A stretch of DNA of 64,000 bases from an uncultured Burkholderiales bacterium (GCA_903903975.1 CAIVAS010000132.1:345-64344), one strand, 5' to 3'; counted from the first letter of the stretch, positions 1 through 13,085 are shown. Numbers and translations: made by a program. The notes: generated from the sequence alone by a model not told the origin.

Positions 1-1949
1 ATGACCGACAGGTACATATCCATCGTGACTCTGGCCACGTCGTGGCGCCGATATTCCTCGTGGATCTGTTGAGCAAGGTCGCGCAAACCGACGCGCTCGT
101 AGGCCGGGAACTTGGCCACGAAATCGGGCATGACCCGCCAAAGTGGCTGGTTGGCGTCATAGTCAGCCTTGAACTGCTGCAATTCGGTCACCAGCGTGTT
201 CCAGCGGCCTTTGGTGATGCCGATCGTGAACATCACGAAAAAGGAATAGAGCCCGGTCTTTTCGACGACCACGCCATGCTCGGAGAGGTATTTGGTCACT
301 AGCGAGGCCGGAATCCCCCACGACGAAAAACCGCCGTCCATGCCCAGACCCGGTGTGATCAGGGTCGCCTTGATCGGGTCGAGCATGTTGAAGCCCGTCT
401 CGACGCCTTCAAATCCGTGCCATGCGTCGCTCGGCCCGAGAATCCAGTCCTCGCGCCGGCCGGCACCGACATGTTCGAACGACTTGGGACCCCAGACTCT
501 GAACCACCAGGAGTCTCCGAACTCGTCATCGACCTTGCGCATCGCACGCCGGAAGTCGAGCGCCTCCGAGATCGACTCTTCGACCAGCGCTCGGCCGCCG
601 GGCTGCTCCATCATCGCGGCCGCGACGTCGCAGGACGCGATGATCGCGTATTGCGGCGAGGTCGAGGTGTGCATCAGGTAGGACTCGTTGAAGCGGTAGG
701 TGTCGAGCTTGTGATCGAGCGGCTCCTGCACCAGGATCTGCGAGGCCTGTGACAGACCCGCCAGCAGCTTGTGCGTCGACTGGGTTGAAAACACCATCGT
801 CGACTTTGAGCGCGGACGGTTCTCGCCGATCGCATGCATCTCGTGATAAAGCGGATGAAAGGTGGCGTGAGGCAGCCAGGCTTCGTCGAAGTGAAGGTTT
901 TCGACGAAGTCGCCCAAGCTTTCCTTGATGGTCTCGACGTTGTAAAGCACTCCGTCGTAGGTCGACTGGGTGATCGTCATGACCTGCGGACGCGCGGATT
1001 TGTCCTTGACCAGCGGGTTGGCTGCGATTTTCCGGCGAATGCTGTCGGGGCTGAATTCGTGCTTCGGTATCGGCCCGATGATGCCGAGCTGATTGCGGGT
1101 CGGCTGCAGGAAGATCGGCACAGTGCCGGTCATCATGATCGCGTGCAGCACGCTCTTGTGGCAGTTGCGATCGACCAGCACGATGTCATCGGTGGCCACC
1201 GCAGAATGCCAGACGATCTTGTTCGAGGTCGAGGTGCCGTTGGTAACGAAGAACAGATGATCCGCATTGAAAATGCGGGCGGCGTTGCGCTCGCTTGCCG
1301 CCACCGGGCCGGTGTGATCGAGCAGTTGGCCGAGTTCATCGACCGCGTTACAGACATCGGCGCGAAGCATGTTTTCACCGAAAAACTGATGAAACATCTG
1401 ACCGACCGGACTCTTTAGAAAGGCTACGCCACCCGAGTGACCCGGGCAGTGCCACGAATAGGAGCCGTCGTTGGCGTAATGGACCAGTGCCTTGAAAAAA
1501 GGCGGTGCGAGCGAGCCCATGTACTTGTTCGCTTCGCGGATGATGTAGCGCGCAACGAAATCGGGCGTGTCCTCGAACATGTGAATGAATCCGTGGAGCT
1601 CCTTGAGGATCTCGTTCGGAATATGCTGCGAGGTACGGGTTTCGCCGAAGAGGAAAATCGGAATATCGGCGTTGCGGTTGCGGGTCTCGCGAATGAATCG
1701 GCGCAGATCCTCGATCGCCTTGCTCTCCGGACCATCCTCGTTGATCTCTTCATCGTCGATCGAGACGATGAAGGCCGATGCGCGCGCAGCCTGGTTGGCC
1801 ACCATGCTCACATCGACATAGGTGAAGCCGCCGACGACTTCCATGTCCTGATCTTCGATCGCCTTGGCAAGTGCTCGAATACCCAGGCCGCTGGCCGACT
1901 CGGACTTCCAGTCCTCATCGATGATGATCACAGGGAAACGGAACTTCAT
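1..1949 (-). CDS. Orn/Lys/Arg decarboxylase family protein (PLP-dependent, large biodegradative type); C-terminal end lies left of the window
   Basis: Absent from the supplied ORF track because it runs off the left edge. My reverse-complement translation from ATG (complement of 1947-1949) stays open to position 3: MKFRFPVIIIDEDWKSESASGLGIRALAKAIE...GSYSWHCPGHSGG...FFVTNGTSTSNKIV...FSTQSTHKLLAGLSQAS (PLP-lysine region)...DMYLSV. Confidence 0.85.
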   Translation of the reverse strand, partial: MKFRFPVIIIDEDWKSESASGLGIRALAKAIEDQDMEVVGGFTYVDVSMVANQAARASAFIVSIDDEEINEDGPESKAIEDLRRFIRETRNRNADIPIFLFGETRTSQHIPNEILKELHGFIHMFEDTPDFVARYIIREANKYMGSLAPPFFKALVHYANDGSYSWHCPGHSGGVAFLKSPVGQMFHQFFGENMLRADVCNAVDELGQLLDHTGPVAASERNAARIFNADHLFFVTNGTSTSNKIVWHSAVATDDIVLVDRNCHKSVLHAIMMTGTVPIFLQPTRNQLGIIGPIPKHEFSPDSIRRKIAANPLVKDKSARPQVMTITQSTYDGVLYNVETIKESLGDFVENLHFDEAWLPHATFHPLYHEMHAIGENRPRSKSTMVFSTQSTHKLLAGLSQASQILVQEPLDHKLDTYRFNESYLMHTSTSPQYAIIASCDVAAAMMEQPGGRALVEESISEALDFRRAMRKVDDEFGDSWWFRVWGPKSFEHVGAGRREDWILGPSDAWHGFEGVETGFNMLDPIKATLITPGLGMDGGFSSWGIPASLVTKYLSEHGVVVEKTGLYSFFVMFTIGITKGRWNTLVTELQQFKADYDANQPLWRVMPDFVAKFPAYERVGLRDLAQQIHEEYRRHDVARVTMDMYLSV

Positions 1950-2132
1950 TACAGGGTCTCTCCGAGGGGTGCGCCGAACACGCACGCTCGACGACAATCG
2001 GTCGGAAGTAAAACACACTTCCGGGTGCTCGCGTCACCGTCGAGCCAGTAGAATCAACCACGTCTGGCGCAGGAGAACGCCCTGCCGCCCTGCTCTGCCA
2101 CCGCATTGCCAACCCCACGCCATTCCCATCCG

Positions 2133-3035
2133 ATGCCGATTTCGCTTCAGGACAAGCTGGTCGTCGCGATCTCATCGCGGGCGCTGTTCGACTTTGAAGA
2201 GGAAAACCATCTCTTCGAGCATGGCGACGACCGGGCCTATATGGCCTTGCAACTCGAGCGGCTCGACGTGCCGGCGCAGGCCGGATGTGCGCTGCCGCTG
2301 GTGAGAAAGCTGCTGGGCTTCAACAGCGCAGATCGACATCGGGTTGAAGTCGTCATCCTGTCGCGCAATGACCCGGCCAGCGGCATGAGGGTGTTCCGAT
2401 CGGCCAGGCATCATGGCCTGGCCATCGAACGCGGTGTGTTCACACGCGGCCGCTCGCCTTATGCCTATCTGAGCGCGCTGGGCGCCAATCTGTTTCTGTC
2501 GGCCAACGAAGATGACGTGCGCAGCGCGCTGTCGGCAGGCTTTGTCGCTGCCAGGGTCTATCCCGACTCGGCGCGTGCCGGCGAATCGCACCCGAATGAG
2601 GTCCGCATTGCTTTCGATGGCGATGCGGTGCTGTTTTCGGACGAAGCCGAGCGGGTCTTTCAGGATCAGGGGCTCGATGCGTTTCAGCAACATGAGTCGT
2701 CGAAGGCTCGCACGCCATTGATGCCCGGTCCTTTCAAGCCGCTGCTGCATGCGCTGCATGCGCTGCGCAACGAGGCGGTCGATGCGATGCGCATCCGAAC
2801 CGCGCTGGTGACCGCTCGCAGCGCGCCGGCGCACGAGCGCGCAGTGCGAACGCTCATGGCCTGGGAAGTCGAAGTCGATGAAGCGATGTTCCTGGGCGGA
2901 CTGGACAAAGGGCCGTTTTTGCGATCGTTTGAGCCCGACTTTTTCTTCGATGACCAGACCCGCCATTGCGAGTCTGCCGCCGGCGCCGGGCCGACCGGCC
3001 ATGTGGTGCATGGCGTGTCCAATCAGCCAACCTGA
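2133..3035 (+). CDS. bacterial 5'-nucleotidase family protein (cytosolic-IA-like, PF06189-like from memory)
   Basis: ORF 2106-3035. I prefer the ATG at 2133 (MPISLQDKLVVAISSRALFDFEEEN...). HAD-like motifs IAFDGDAVLFSDEAE and FFFDDQ are present. Confidence 0.7.
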   Translation: MPISLQDKLVVAISSRALFDFEEENHLFEHGDDRAYMALQLERLDVPAQAGCALPLVRKLLGFNSADRHRVEVVILSRNDPASGMRVFRSARHHGLAIERGVFTRGRSPYAYLSALGANLFLSANEDDVRSALSAGFVAARVYPDSARAGESHPNEVRIAFDGDAVLFSDEAERVFQDQGLDAFQQHESSKARTPLMPGPFKPLLHALHALRNEAVDAMRIRTALVTARSAPAHERAVRTLMAWEVEVDEAMFLGGLDKGPFLRSFEPDFFFDDQTRHCESAAGAGPTGHVVHGVSNQPT

Positions 3036-3040
3036 GGTCA

Positions 3041-3102
3041 ACAGCTCAGTGACGTCGCTCAGTGGTGTCGCTCAGTGGTGTCGCTTGTGAGCGTCGCTCA
3101 AT
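3041..3102. repeat. 13-bp tandem repeat, about 4.5 copies
   Basis: GTCGCTCAGTGGT units start at 3054 and 3067, degenerate units at 3080 and 3093, and a partial unit at 3042. Located between the convergent stops of the 5'-nucleotidase gene and tex. Confidence 0.8.
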
Positions 3103-3123
3103 CCCTTAAACAATAACCGCCAG

Positions 3124-5505
3124 TCAGCGCTTTTTCAGCGCGGCAAAAGCCGCCTGCATCGAGGTCTGCCCCTCTTTGGACTGCGACTTGCCCTGAGCTG
3201 ATCCGGCCGACTCGCGAGCCGGACGCGTTCTGGCAGAACGCGCACCCGCGCCTGATCCTGCGACATCGCGAGCACCAGCCGGCTTCGGCTCATCAGCCAA
3301 TCGCATCGTCAGCGCGATCCGCTGGCGGGGCAGATCGATCTCGAGCACCTTGACCTTGACCAGCTGACCGGCGCGCACCACCTCACGCGGGTCACGCACG
3401 AAGCGATCGGAGAGCGCCGAGACATGCACCAGTCCGTCCTGATGCACGCCGATGTCGACGAACGCGCCAAAATTGGCGACGTTGGTGACGACACCCTCGA
3501 GCACCATCCCGGGCTGCAGATCGGCGACCCGCTCGACACCTTCCTTGAAGCTGGCCGTGACGAAGTCGCCCCGAGGATCTCGCCCCGGCTTTTCGAGTTC
3601 GCTGAAGATATCGCGCACCGTCGGCAATCCGAAACGCTCATCGATGAAAGGCTCGGGAGAGAGTGCGCTCAGCGCACCGCGCTGACCGATGACCTCAGCT
3701 GCCGGACGGCCGATTCGCGCCAGGATGCGATGCACAAGCGCATAGGCCTCGGGATGCACGGCTGAGGCGTCGAGCGGATCGTCACCATCGAGGACGCGCA
3801 AAAAGCCTGCCGATTGCTCGAAGGTCTTGTCGCCGAGCCGCGGCACATTGCGCAAGGCCTCACGGCTGCGAAAGGGGCCATTGGCATCGCGATGCGCGAC
3901 GATGCGCTCGGCCACTGCCGGCCCCAGGCCCGAGACTCTGGCCAACAGGGGAATCGAGGCGGTATTGAGGTCGACGCCCACCGCATTGACGCAATCCTCG
4001 ACCACCGCGTCCAGGCTTCTGGCCAGCGCCCGCTGATCGACGTCGTGCTGGTACTGACCGACGCCGATGGCTTTCGGCTCGATCTTGACCAGCTCGGCCA
4101 GAGGATCCTGAAGACGCCGCGCAATCGAGACCGCACCGCGCAGGCTGACATCGAGATCCGGGAATTCGCGCGCGGCCAGGGCCGACGCTGAATAGACCGA
4201 GGCGCCGGCCTCCGACACCGTTGCCTTGCGCACGCCAAGCTCGGGATGACGGCGCTGCAGATCACTCACCAGCCGATCGGTTTCGCGTGAGGCAGTACCG
4301 TTGCCGATCGCAAGCAAGCCGATGCCGTGACGGGCAGACAGTGCGGCGAGTGTGGCGATCGATCCGTCCCAGTCGCGACGCGGCTCGTGCGGATAGATGG
4401 TGGCGGTATCGAGCAGCTTGCCGGTCGCATCGACCACCGCGACTTTCACGCCGGTGCGAATCCCGGGATCAAGCCCCATGACCGACTGGTGGCCGGCCGG
4501 AGCGCCGAGCAGAAGATCCTTGAGATTGGCGGCAAAAACGCGAATCGCCTCGGCTTCGGCGGCTTCGCGCAGCCGTGCAAAAAGTTCGCTCTCGAAATGC
4601 AGATGCAGCTTGACGCGCCAGCACCAGCGCAGGACCTCGGCAAGCCATCGATCGGCGGGCGGCGCGTCGGCATTGAGCACGCGCCCAAGCTCGACCAGAC
4701 CGGCAAGCTTGGCCACGCAAGGATGCGGCAGCAAGGCTTCGCGCTCGGGCGAGAGCCCCAGCGACAAGGACAACACGCCCAACTGTCGGCCACGAAAAAG
4801 CGCCAGGGCCCGATGCGACGGGGTGGTGGCGATCGGCTCGGCATGGTCGAAATAATCGCGGAACTTCTCGGCCTCGGCCGACTTGCCCTCGACCAGCTTG
4901 GCGCCGATCACGCCGTCGTCCCACAGGAATGCCCGAAAGGCGGTGAGCACCTCGGGGCGCTCGGCAAAGCCTTCGGTGAGGATGTCGCGGGCACCATCAA
5001 GTGCCGCCTTGATATCGGCAATGCCAAGCTCGGCATTCACAAAGGGCAGCGCAGCCTGCTGGGGCACCAGCCCGGGATCAGCCAGCAGCGCCTGCGCGAG
5101 CGGCTCTAGCCCGGCTTCACGCGCCGCCTGAGCCCGGCTGCGCCGCTTGGGCTTGTAGGGCAGATAGAGGTCTTCGAGCGACTGCTTGGTTACCGCCGCA
5201 TCGATCGCGATGCGAAGCGGGTCAGTCATCTGGGCTTGTTCGCTGATGCTGGCGATGATCGCCAGGCGGCGCGATTCGAGATCGCGCAGGTAGATCAGCC
5301 GCTCCTCGAGCGTGCGCAGTTGCGTGTCGTCGAGACCGTCTGTTGCTTCCTTGCGATAGCGCGCGATGAAGGGCACGGTCGCGCCGCCGTCGAGCAGATC
5401 AACCGCGGCGTCGACCTGACGGGGCTGTACCGCAAGCTCGGCGCTCAGTACGCGCCGCACGCGCCGTTCAGCGGCAATCTGCTCGGGAGTCGATGAATCG
5501 TTCAT
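3124..5505 (-). CDS. tex: transcription accessory protein Tex (S1 RNA-binding domain protein)
   Basis: N-terminus [38 protein letters not shown]-terminal S1 domain [34 protein letters not shown]-track start 5748 trimmed to ATG 5505 ([13 protein letters not shown]). Confidence 0.9.
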   Translation of the reverse strand: MNDSSTPEQIAAERRVRRVLSAELAVQPRQVDAAVDLLDGGATVPFIARYRKEATDGLDDTQLRTLEERLIYLRDLESRRLAIIASISEQAQMTDPLRIAIDAAVTKQSLEDLYLPYKPKRRSRAQAAREAGLEPLAQALLADPGLVPQQAALPFVNAELGIADIKAALDGARDILTEGFAERPEVLTAFRAFLWDDGVIGAKLVEGKSAEAEKFRDYFDHAEPIATTPSHRALALFRGRQLGVLSLSLGLSPEREALLPHPCVAKLAGLVELGRVLNADAPPADRWLAEVLRWCWRVKLHLHFESELFARLREAAEAEAIRVFAANLKDLLLGAPAGHQSVMGLDPGIRTGVKVAVVDATGKLLDTATIYPHEPRRDWDGSIATLAALSARHGIGLLAIGNGTASRETDRLVSDLQRRHPELGVRKATVSEAGASVYSASALAAREFPDLDVSLRGAVSIARRLQDPLAELVKIEPKAIGVGQYQHDVDQRALARSLDAVVEDCVNAVGVDLNTASIPLLARVSGLGPAVAERIVAHRDANGPFRSREALRNVPRLGDKTFEQSAGFLRVLDGDDPLDASAVHPEAYALVHRILARIGRPAAEVIGQRGALSALSPEPFIDERFGLPTVRDIFSELEKPGRDPRGDFVTASFKEGVERVADLQPGMVLEGVVTNVANFGAFVDIGVHQDGLVHVSALSDRFVRDPREVVRAGQLVKVKVLEIDLPRQRIALTMRLADEPKPAGARDVAGSGAGARSARTRPARESAGSAQGKSQSKEGQTSMQAAFAALKKR

Positions 5506-5567
5506 TGAGGTGACAGGGCCACACGCAACGCCGGGCCGGCGGGGGCGCGATTGTGCCACAGACGATT

Positions 5568-5593
5568 GCAGCGGAATCAGGCGACTCCGCTGC
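5568..5593 (-). terminator. hairpin downstream of clpB
   Basis: GCAGCGGA-10 nt-TCCGCTGC (8-bp stem), 10 nt after the clpB stop. No U-tract. Confidence 0.3.
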
Positions 5594-5602
5594 GATCGCC
5601 GG

Positions 5603-8206
<2,604 letters not shown>

Positions 8207-8238
8207 CGTCGGGTGCCTATAAAATGTTTCCCTGACGT

Positions 8239-8267
8239 AACTGTGGCTATCTAATCAGGAATTCAAG
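8239..8267 (-). promoter_or_regulatory. candidate sigma-32 heat-shock promoter of clpB
   Basis: Minus strand reads CTTGAA-15 nt-CCACAGTT about 30 nt upstream of the clpB ATG. E. coli consensus is CTTGAAA-N13-17-CCCCATNT. Confidence 0.4.
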
Positions 8268-9433
8268 TGACCAATACTTCTGCTAGTGCTCAATCCTCGG
8301 TATCGAAATCGGCTGAGAGCGGCCCGCTACTCTTTACCCCCTTCAAGCTGCGCTCGCTCGAGCTCCCCAACCGGATCGTGATTGCGCCGATGTGCCAGTA
8401 CTCGGCCGATGACGGGCGCGCGACCGACTGGCACCTGGCACACCTCGGCCAATTGGCCATGTCGGGAGCCGGACTGCTGGTGATCGAGGCGACCGCGGTG
8501 GAGCCGATCGGTCGCATCACCGCCGGCTGCCTTGGCCTGTGGGATGACGACACCGAGGCGGCTCTGGCGCGCGTCCTCAGGGCGATCAGACCGATGGCCT
8601 CGATGCCGATCGCCATTCAGCTCGGCCATGCCGGTCGCAAAGCCTCGAGCGGTCGTCCCTGGGAGGGTGGGCAACTGGTCAGCCAGGCCAATGGCGGCTG
8701 GCAGCCGGTGGGGCCGTCAGACGTGCCGCAGCTGCCGACTGAATCGGCGCCACGCGCGCTCGATGCAGAAGGTCTTGCGGCCCTGCGTGAACGCTTCGCC
8801 GATGCCACCCGCCGATCGGCGCGCCTGGGCATCGACGCGATCGAGCTGCATGTTGCACACGGCTATCTGCTGCACGAATTTTTGTCCCCGATTGCCAACC
8901 ACCGGACCGATCAGTGGGGCGGCAGTCTCGAAAACCGGATGCGCTTTCCGCTCGAGGTCTTTGACGCGATGCGCGCAGTATGGCCAGCCGACAAGCCGCT
9001 CGGTGTGCGGGTCTCGGCCACCGACTGGGTCGAGGGCGGCTGGGATATCGAACAGACGGTCGTGTTTGCGCGCGCGCTGCAGGCACGCGGCTGCGACTGG
9101 CTTGATGTCTCGTCGGCAGGGGTGTCGCCCGCGCAAAAGATTCCGCTTGGGCCGGGCTATCAGGTGCCGTTTGCCGAACGCGTGCGGGCCGAGGTCGACA
9201 TGCCGGTCATCGCGGTCGGACTGATCACCGAAGCGCAGCAGGCCGAATCGATTCTGGTCAACGGACAAGCCGACCTGGTGGCGCTGGCCCGCGGCCTGCT
9301 CTGGAATCCGCGCTGGCCCTGGCATGCGGCGGCCGCGCTCGGCCACCATGTTTCGGTGCCGCACCAGTACTGGCGATCGCAGCCCCGCGAGCTCAAGGAC
9401 GTATTCGGCGCGATTACCTTCGGCGCACGCTGA
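8267..9433 (+). CDS. NADH:flavin oxidoreductase, Old Yellow Enzyme family
   Basis: LPNRIVIAPMCQYSA...HVAHGYLLHEFLSPIANHRTDQWGGSLENRMRF. GTG start at 8267; no in-frame ATG near it. Confidence 0.85.
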   Translation: MTNTSASAQSSVSKSAESGPLLFTPFKLRSLELPNRIVIAPMCQYSADDGRATDWHLAHLGQLAMSGAGLLVIEATAVEPIGRITAGCLGLWDDDTEAALARVLRAIRPMASMPIAIQLGHAGRKASSGRPWEGGQLVSQANGGWQPVGPSDVPQLPTESAPRALDAEGLAALRERFADATRRSARLGIDAIELHVAHGYLLHEFLSPIANHRTDQWGGSLENRMRFPLEVFDAMRAVWPADKPLGVRVSATDWVEGGWDIEQTVVFARALQARGCDWLDVSSAGVSPAQKIPLGPGYQVPFAERVRAEVDMPVIAVGLITEAQQAESILVNGQADLVALARGLLWNPRWPWHAAAALGHHVSVPHQYWRSQPRELKDVFGAITFGAR

Positions 9434-9508
9434 TCACCGCAGATCGGGCACCTGCGGGCCGCAATGTAAACTGCGGGGCTCGACAAATTAAAACGCAAGG
9501 AGACAAGC

Positions 9509-9799
9509 ATGGTTCAGAGCATCGTCGCCACCATCAAGGTCAAGCCGGGTCAGGAAGCCGACTTCCAGGCCGTCGCACTGCAACTGGTCGCAGCGGTCAA
9601 TGCCAACGAGCCGGGCTGCCTGCTCTATACCCTCAGCAAGGGCGACGAGCCGAGCACCTTCGTCTTCATGGAGCGCTATGCCGACGAAGAAGCCATGAAG
9701 GCGCATCGCGGCATGGAGCACTTCAAGACCCTTGGGCGCGCAATGGGCGCCTTCATGGATGGCGCACCCTCGGTGCTGCGGATGGTCGAGCTCGGCTGA
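9509..9799 (+). CDS. antibiotic-biosynthesis-monooxygenase (ABM) domain protein / putative quinol monooxygenase
   Basis: 96 aa, IVATIKVKPGQEADF...FVFMERYADEEAMKAHRGMEHFK, a typical ABM ferredoxin-like fold signature. AGGAG lies 6 nt upstream of the ATG. Confidence 0.7.
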   Translation: MVQSIVATIKVKPGQEADFQAVALQLVAAVNANEPGCLLYTLSKGDEPSTFVFMERYADEEAMKAHRGMEHFKTLGRAMGAFMDGAPSVLRMVELG

Positions 9800-9832
9800 T
9801 CGCGATCCTGCGCCTCGCGCGCAGGAGGTCCC

Positions 9833-10933
9833 ATGCCCGAATTTCTGTCGCCTGATCTTCAGGCCTTTCGAGATCGTGTTGCCACGCTGGCCCGCGACAC
9901 GCTCACCGGCCTTCGCGACGACCCGCAACTTGCGCCATCAGAGCGCACGCAGCGGGTTCGCGAGGCATCGCAGGCAGCCGGTATCTATACGCTGACGCAA
10001 GCCCGCGATACGCCCGCACTCACCATGCTGGTTGTGCGCGACACCCTGGCAAGCCATGGTGTCGGATCGCTGCGAGGGATCTTCGGCGAAGAAGCGGGCG
10101 TGCTCGAAGGGGTGGCCGAGCCCTTGCGTACCACGCACCTGCTGCCGCTGCTGGCCGGCGACAAGCGCACTGGGTTCGCGTTCACCGAACCGGCTGATGC
10201 GCCGCGTCCCACCTGGGCCCGCGTCGATGGCGATGAACTGGTGATCACCGGCCGCAAGTCCTATGTCACCGGCGGCGTCGACGCCTCGTTTCTGGCCGCG
10301 CTGGTCGAGGTCGAGGGCGAAGGCCCGGCGATGGTGATCATCGATACCGACCGCCCCGGGGTGAGCATCGAGCGCCGCTTCGAATCCCTCGATGGCAGCC
10401 ACCATGCGGCGTTTCGCTTCGAGAACGTTCGGGTGCCGAGACACCACGCGATCGGCGCGCCGGGTCAGGGCCGGGCACGCGCGCTGTCGCGCATCAGCGA
10501 AGTGCGTCGCAGCCTGGCTGCAGACTGCGTCGGCACCGCCGCCTGGATCATCGAACTGGTGGCCGAATCGCTGAAGAGGCCGCGCCGTGGCGGGGTTGCG
10601 GCCGACTCGGAACGCATCCGGCTTCGCTATGGCGAAATGCGGATTGCCGCCTATGCAGCGCGATCGATGGTCTATCGCACCGCGCGACTGACCGATGCCG
10701 GACACGACACCGTCAATGAAAGCATCGCCGCCAAGGTCTTTGCCACAGAAGCCGCAGGACAGATCGCCGATTCGGCCGTCCAGTTGGTCGGCGGTGAGGC
10801 CCTGGTCGTCGGTCATCCGCTTGAGGCCGCGATTCGCCGATTGCGCACCCTCAGGCTTGCCGAAGGCGAGACCGACACCTTGCGGGTGAATGTGTCGCGC
10901 GGATATCTCGACCTCGGCAAGGGGCGGATCTGA
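9833..10933 (+). CDS. acyl-CoA dehydrogenase family protein
   Basis: 366 aa. C-terminal region AKVFATEAAGQIADSAVQLVGGEALVVGHPLEAAIRRLRTLRLAEGETDTLRVNVSRG is typical of ACAD helical domains. Confidence 0.7.
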   Translation: MPEFLSPDLQAFRDRVATLARDTLTGLRDDPQLAPSERTQRVREASQAAGIYTLTQARDTPALTMLVVRDTLASHGVGSLRGIFGEEAGVLEGVAEPLRTTHLLPLLAGDKRTGFAFTEPADAPRPTWARVDGDELVITGRKSYVTGGVDASFLAALVEVEGEGPAMVIIDTDRPGVSIERRFESLDGSHHAAFRFENVRVPRHHAIGAPGQGRARALSRISEVRRSLAADCVGTAAWIIELVAESLKRPRRGGVAADSERIRLRYGEMRIAAYAARSMVYRTARLTDAGHDTVNESIAAKVFATEAAGQIADSAVQLVGGEALVVGHPLEAAIRRLRTLRLAEGETDTLRVNVSRGYLDLGKGRI

Positions 10934-10986
10934 CCGCAGCACTCATCAGGCGGTTCAGGGAAGCGCCGGCCCCGACAAAGGCCCTG

Positions 10987-11844
10987 ATGTGGGCGATTGC
11001 CGCCGGCTTCAGCTTCTCGGTGCTCAACACCCTGCTGCGCCGGATCACGCTGGAGATGCATCCCTTCGAGGCGCAATTCCTGCGCTATCTGTTCGGGGTG
11101 GTGGTCATGCTGCCGCTGATCCTGCGACGGGGATGGCGCGACTATCGGCCCAACAGCATCTCGGGGCAGTTCTGGCGCGGGATCGTGCACAGCATCGGCC
11201 TGTCGCTGTGGTTCTTCGCCCTGCCCCATCTCACGCTGGCCGACACCACCGCCATCGGCTACACCGGCCCGATCTTCACCATGATCGGCGCGTCTTATCT
11301 GCTCGGCGAAAAGATGCGACCCGAGCGATGGGCGGCCGCGCTGATCGGCTTCGTCGGGGTCCTGATCGTGGTCGGCCCAAGGCTTTCAGGCAGCGGCAAC
11401 TGGTATTCGGTGATCATGCTGGCCTCAGCGCCGATGTTTTCGCTGTCCTTTCTGCTCACGAAGATGCTGACTCGGCACGACCGGCCGGAGGTGATCGTCG
11501 CCTGGCAGGGGATCACGGTCTCGTTGCTGACCATGCCCTTCGCACTGATGGTCTGGGTCTGGCCGACACCCACCCAGTGGCTCCTGTTCGCCATCACCGG
11601 CGTGATCGGCAGTGCCGGCCACTATTGCCTCACGCGCTCCTTCGTCTCGACCGATATCTCGGTGACCCAATCAGCCAAGTTTTTGGACCTGATCTGGGCC
11701 ACCCTCTGGGGGCTGCTTGTCTTTGGCGACTACCCGAGCAGCACGACGCTGATCGGTGGGCTGGTGATCATCGCAGCGACCATCTGGATCGGTCGTCGTG
11801 AAGCGCAACGGGCGGCACGAACAACACAGGCGACAGAACCATGA
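10987..11844 (+). CDS. DMT superfamily (EamA-like) transporter
   Basis: About 10 hydrophobic segments in two EamA-like halves (AIGYTGPIFTMIGASYLLGEKM...). The stop overlaps the next start (ATGA). Confidence 0.75.
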   Translation: MWAIAAGFSFSVLNTLLRRITLEMHPFEAQFLRYLFGVVVMLPLILRRGWRDYRPNSISGQFWRGIVHSIGLSLWFFALPHLTLADTTAIGYTGPIFTMIGASYLLGEKMRPERWAAALIGFVGVLIVVGPRLSGSGNWYSVIMLASAPMFSLSFLLTKMLTRHDRPEVIVAWQGITVSLLTMPFALMVWVWPTPTQWLLFAITGVIGSAGHYCLTRSFVSTDISVTQSAKFLDLIWATLWGLLVFGDYPSSTTLIGGLVIIAATIWIGRREAQRAARTTQATEP

Positions 11845-13085
11845 AAGCCATCATCATCGGAGCCGGGATCGGCGGGCTGACCACAGCGCTGATGCTGCAC
11901 TCGCGCGGCATCGACTGTGAAGTCTTCGAACAGTCGCAAGCCATCCACGAACTCGGCGTCGGTATCAATGTCCTGCCAATGGCGATCGGTGAGTTGGCCG
12001 GCCTGGGCCTGCTCGATGCGCTCGATGAAGTGGCGATCCGAACCCGCGAGCTGATTTACATGACCCGACGCGGGCAGCAGGTGTGGCACGAGGCGCGCGG
12101 ACTGGATGCCGGCTTCGACCATCCCCAATTCTCGATTCACCGGGGGCGCCTTCAGGCGGTGATTGCTCGCGCGGTCTTCGAGCGCCTCGGGTCCGAACGG
12201 GTCCATCTCGGCCAGCGTCTGCAGGACTTTCACCAGGACGCGCAAGGGGTCGAGGCGTCGTTTGTCGACGCCCGGGGCCAGCCCGGCTTGTCGGTCAGGG
12301 CGGACCTGCTGATCGGCGCCGACGGCATCCACTCGACCGTGCGCTCGCACCTGTTTGCGCAGGAAGGCCCGCCCTCCTGGGGCGGGATGATGCTCTGGCG
12401 CGGCGCCACCGACTGGCCGGCGTTTCAGGATGGGCGAACGATGCTGATCGCCGGCGGGCTTGGTGCCAAAGCGGTCGTCTATCCGATTGCAAAGGGCGCG
12501 CAAGATGGCGAGCGCCTCACCAACTGGGCGATCTTGGCTCGCATCGGAGACGCCGGCATGGCGCCCCCGCGCAAGCAGGACTGGTCGAGACCCGGCGAAC
12601 GCGAAGAACTGATGGCAAGAGTAGGCGCCTTCATGTTGCCGCAAGTCGATATCGCCGCACTGATCGGCGCAACACCTGAATTCTGGGAGTACCCGATGTG
12701 CGACCGTGACCCCTTGCCGCGCTGGTCGCACGGGCGCATCACATTGCTGGGCGACGCAGCCCATCCGATGTATCCGGTTGGCTCCAACGGCGCCTCGCAG
12801 GCCATCCTGGACTCACGCTGCCTGGCAGATGAACTGTCAAGGGGCGGGGTCGGGATCAGCGATGCGCTCTCTCGCTACGAAGCCGATCGGCTGCCAAAGA
12901 CGGCGGCCATCGTCATCAGCAATCGCAGCGGCGGACCGGAAGGGGTGATTGACGCGGTCGAGGCCCTGGCCCCCGAGGGCTTTGCCGACATCGAGACGAT
13001 CTTGCCCCTGGATGAGCGCAGGAGGATCGTGCAGGGCGCAACCCGCCTTTCGAGCGCCACAGCCGAGAGATTGCCTCAGCCGTAG
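11841..13085 (+). CDS. FAD-dependent aromatic-ring-hydroxylase-type monooxygenase
   Basis: MKAIIIGAGIGGLTTALML Rossmann motif. LIGADGIHSTVR and LLGDAAHPMYPVGSNGASQAILD motifs of group A flavin monooxygenases. Confidence 0.8.
   Translation: MKAIIIGAGIGGLTTALMLHSRGIDCEVFEQSQAIHELGVGINVLPMAIGELAGLGLLDALDEVAIRTRELIYMTRRGQQVWHEARGLDAGFDHPQFSIHRGRLQAVIARAVFERLGSERVHLGQRLQDFHQDAQGVEASFVDARGQPGLSVRADLLIGADGIHSTVRSHLFAQEGPPSWGGMMLWRGATDWPAFQDGRTMLIAGGLGAKAVVYPIAKGAQDGERLTNWAILARIGDAGMAPPRKQDWSRPGEREELMARVGAFMLPQVDIAALIGATPEFWEYPMCDRDPLPRWSHGRITLLGDAAHPMYPVGSNGASQAILDSRCLADELSRGGVGISDALSRYEADRLPKTAAIVISNRSGGPEGVIDAVEALAPEGFADIETILPLDERRRIVQGATRLSSATAERLPQP

Noticed and set aside
3041-3102. Possibility that the short tandem repeats (also 21435, 24020, 29050, 35439, 55089) are CRISPR arrays
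   Set aside because: The units are 11-22 bp and directly adjacent with no spacers, there are only 2-4 copies, and no cas genes are present.
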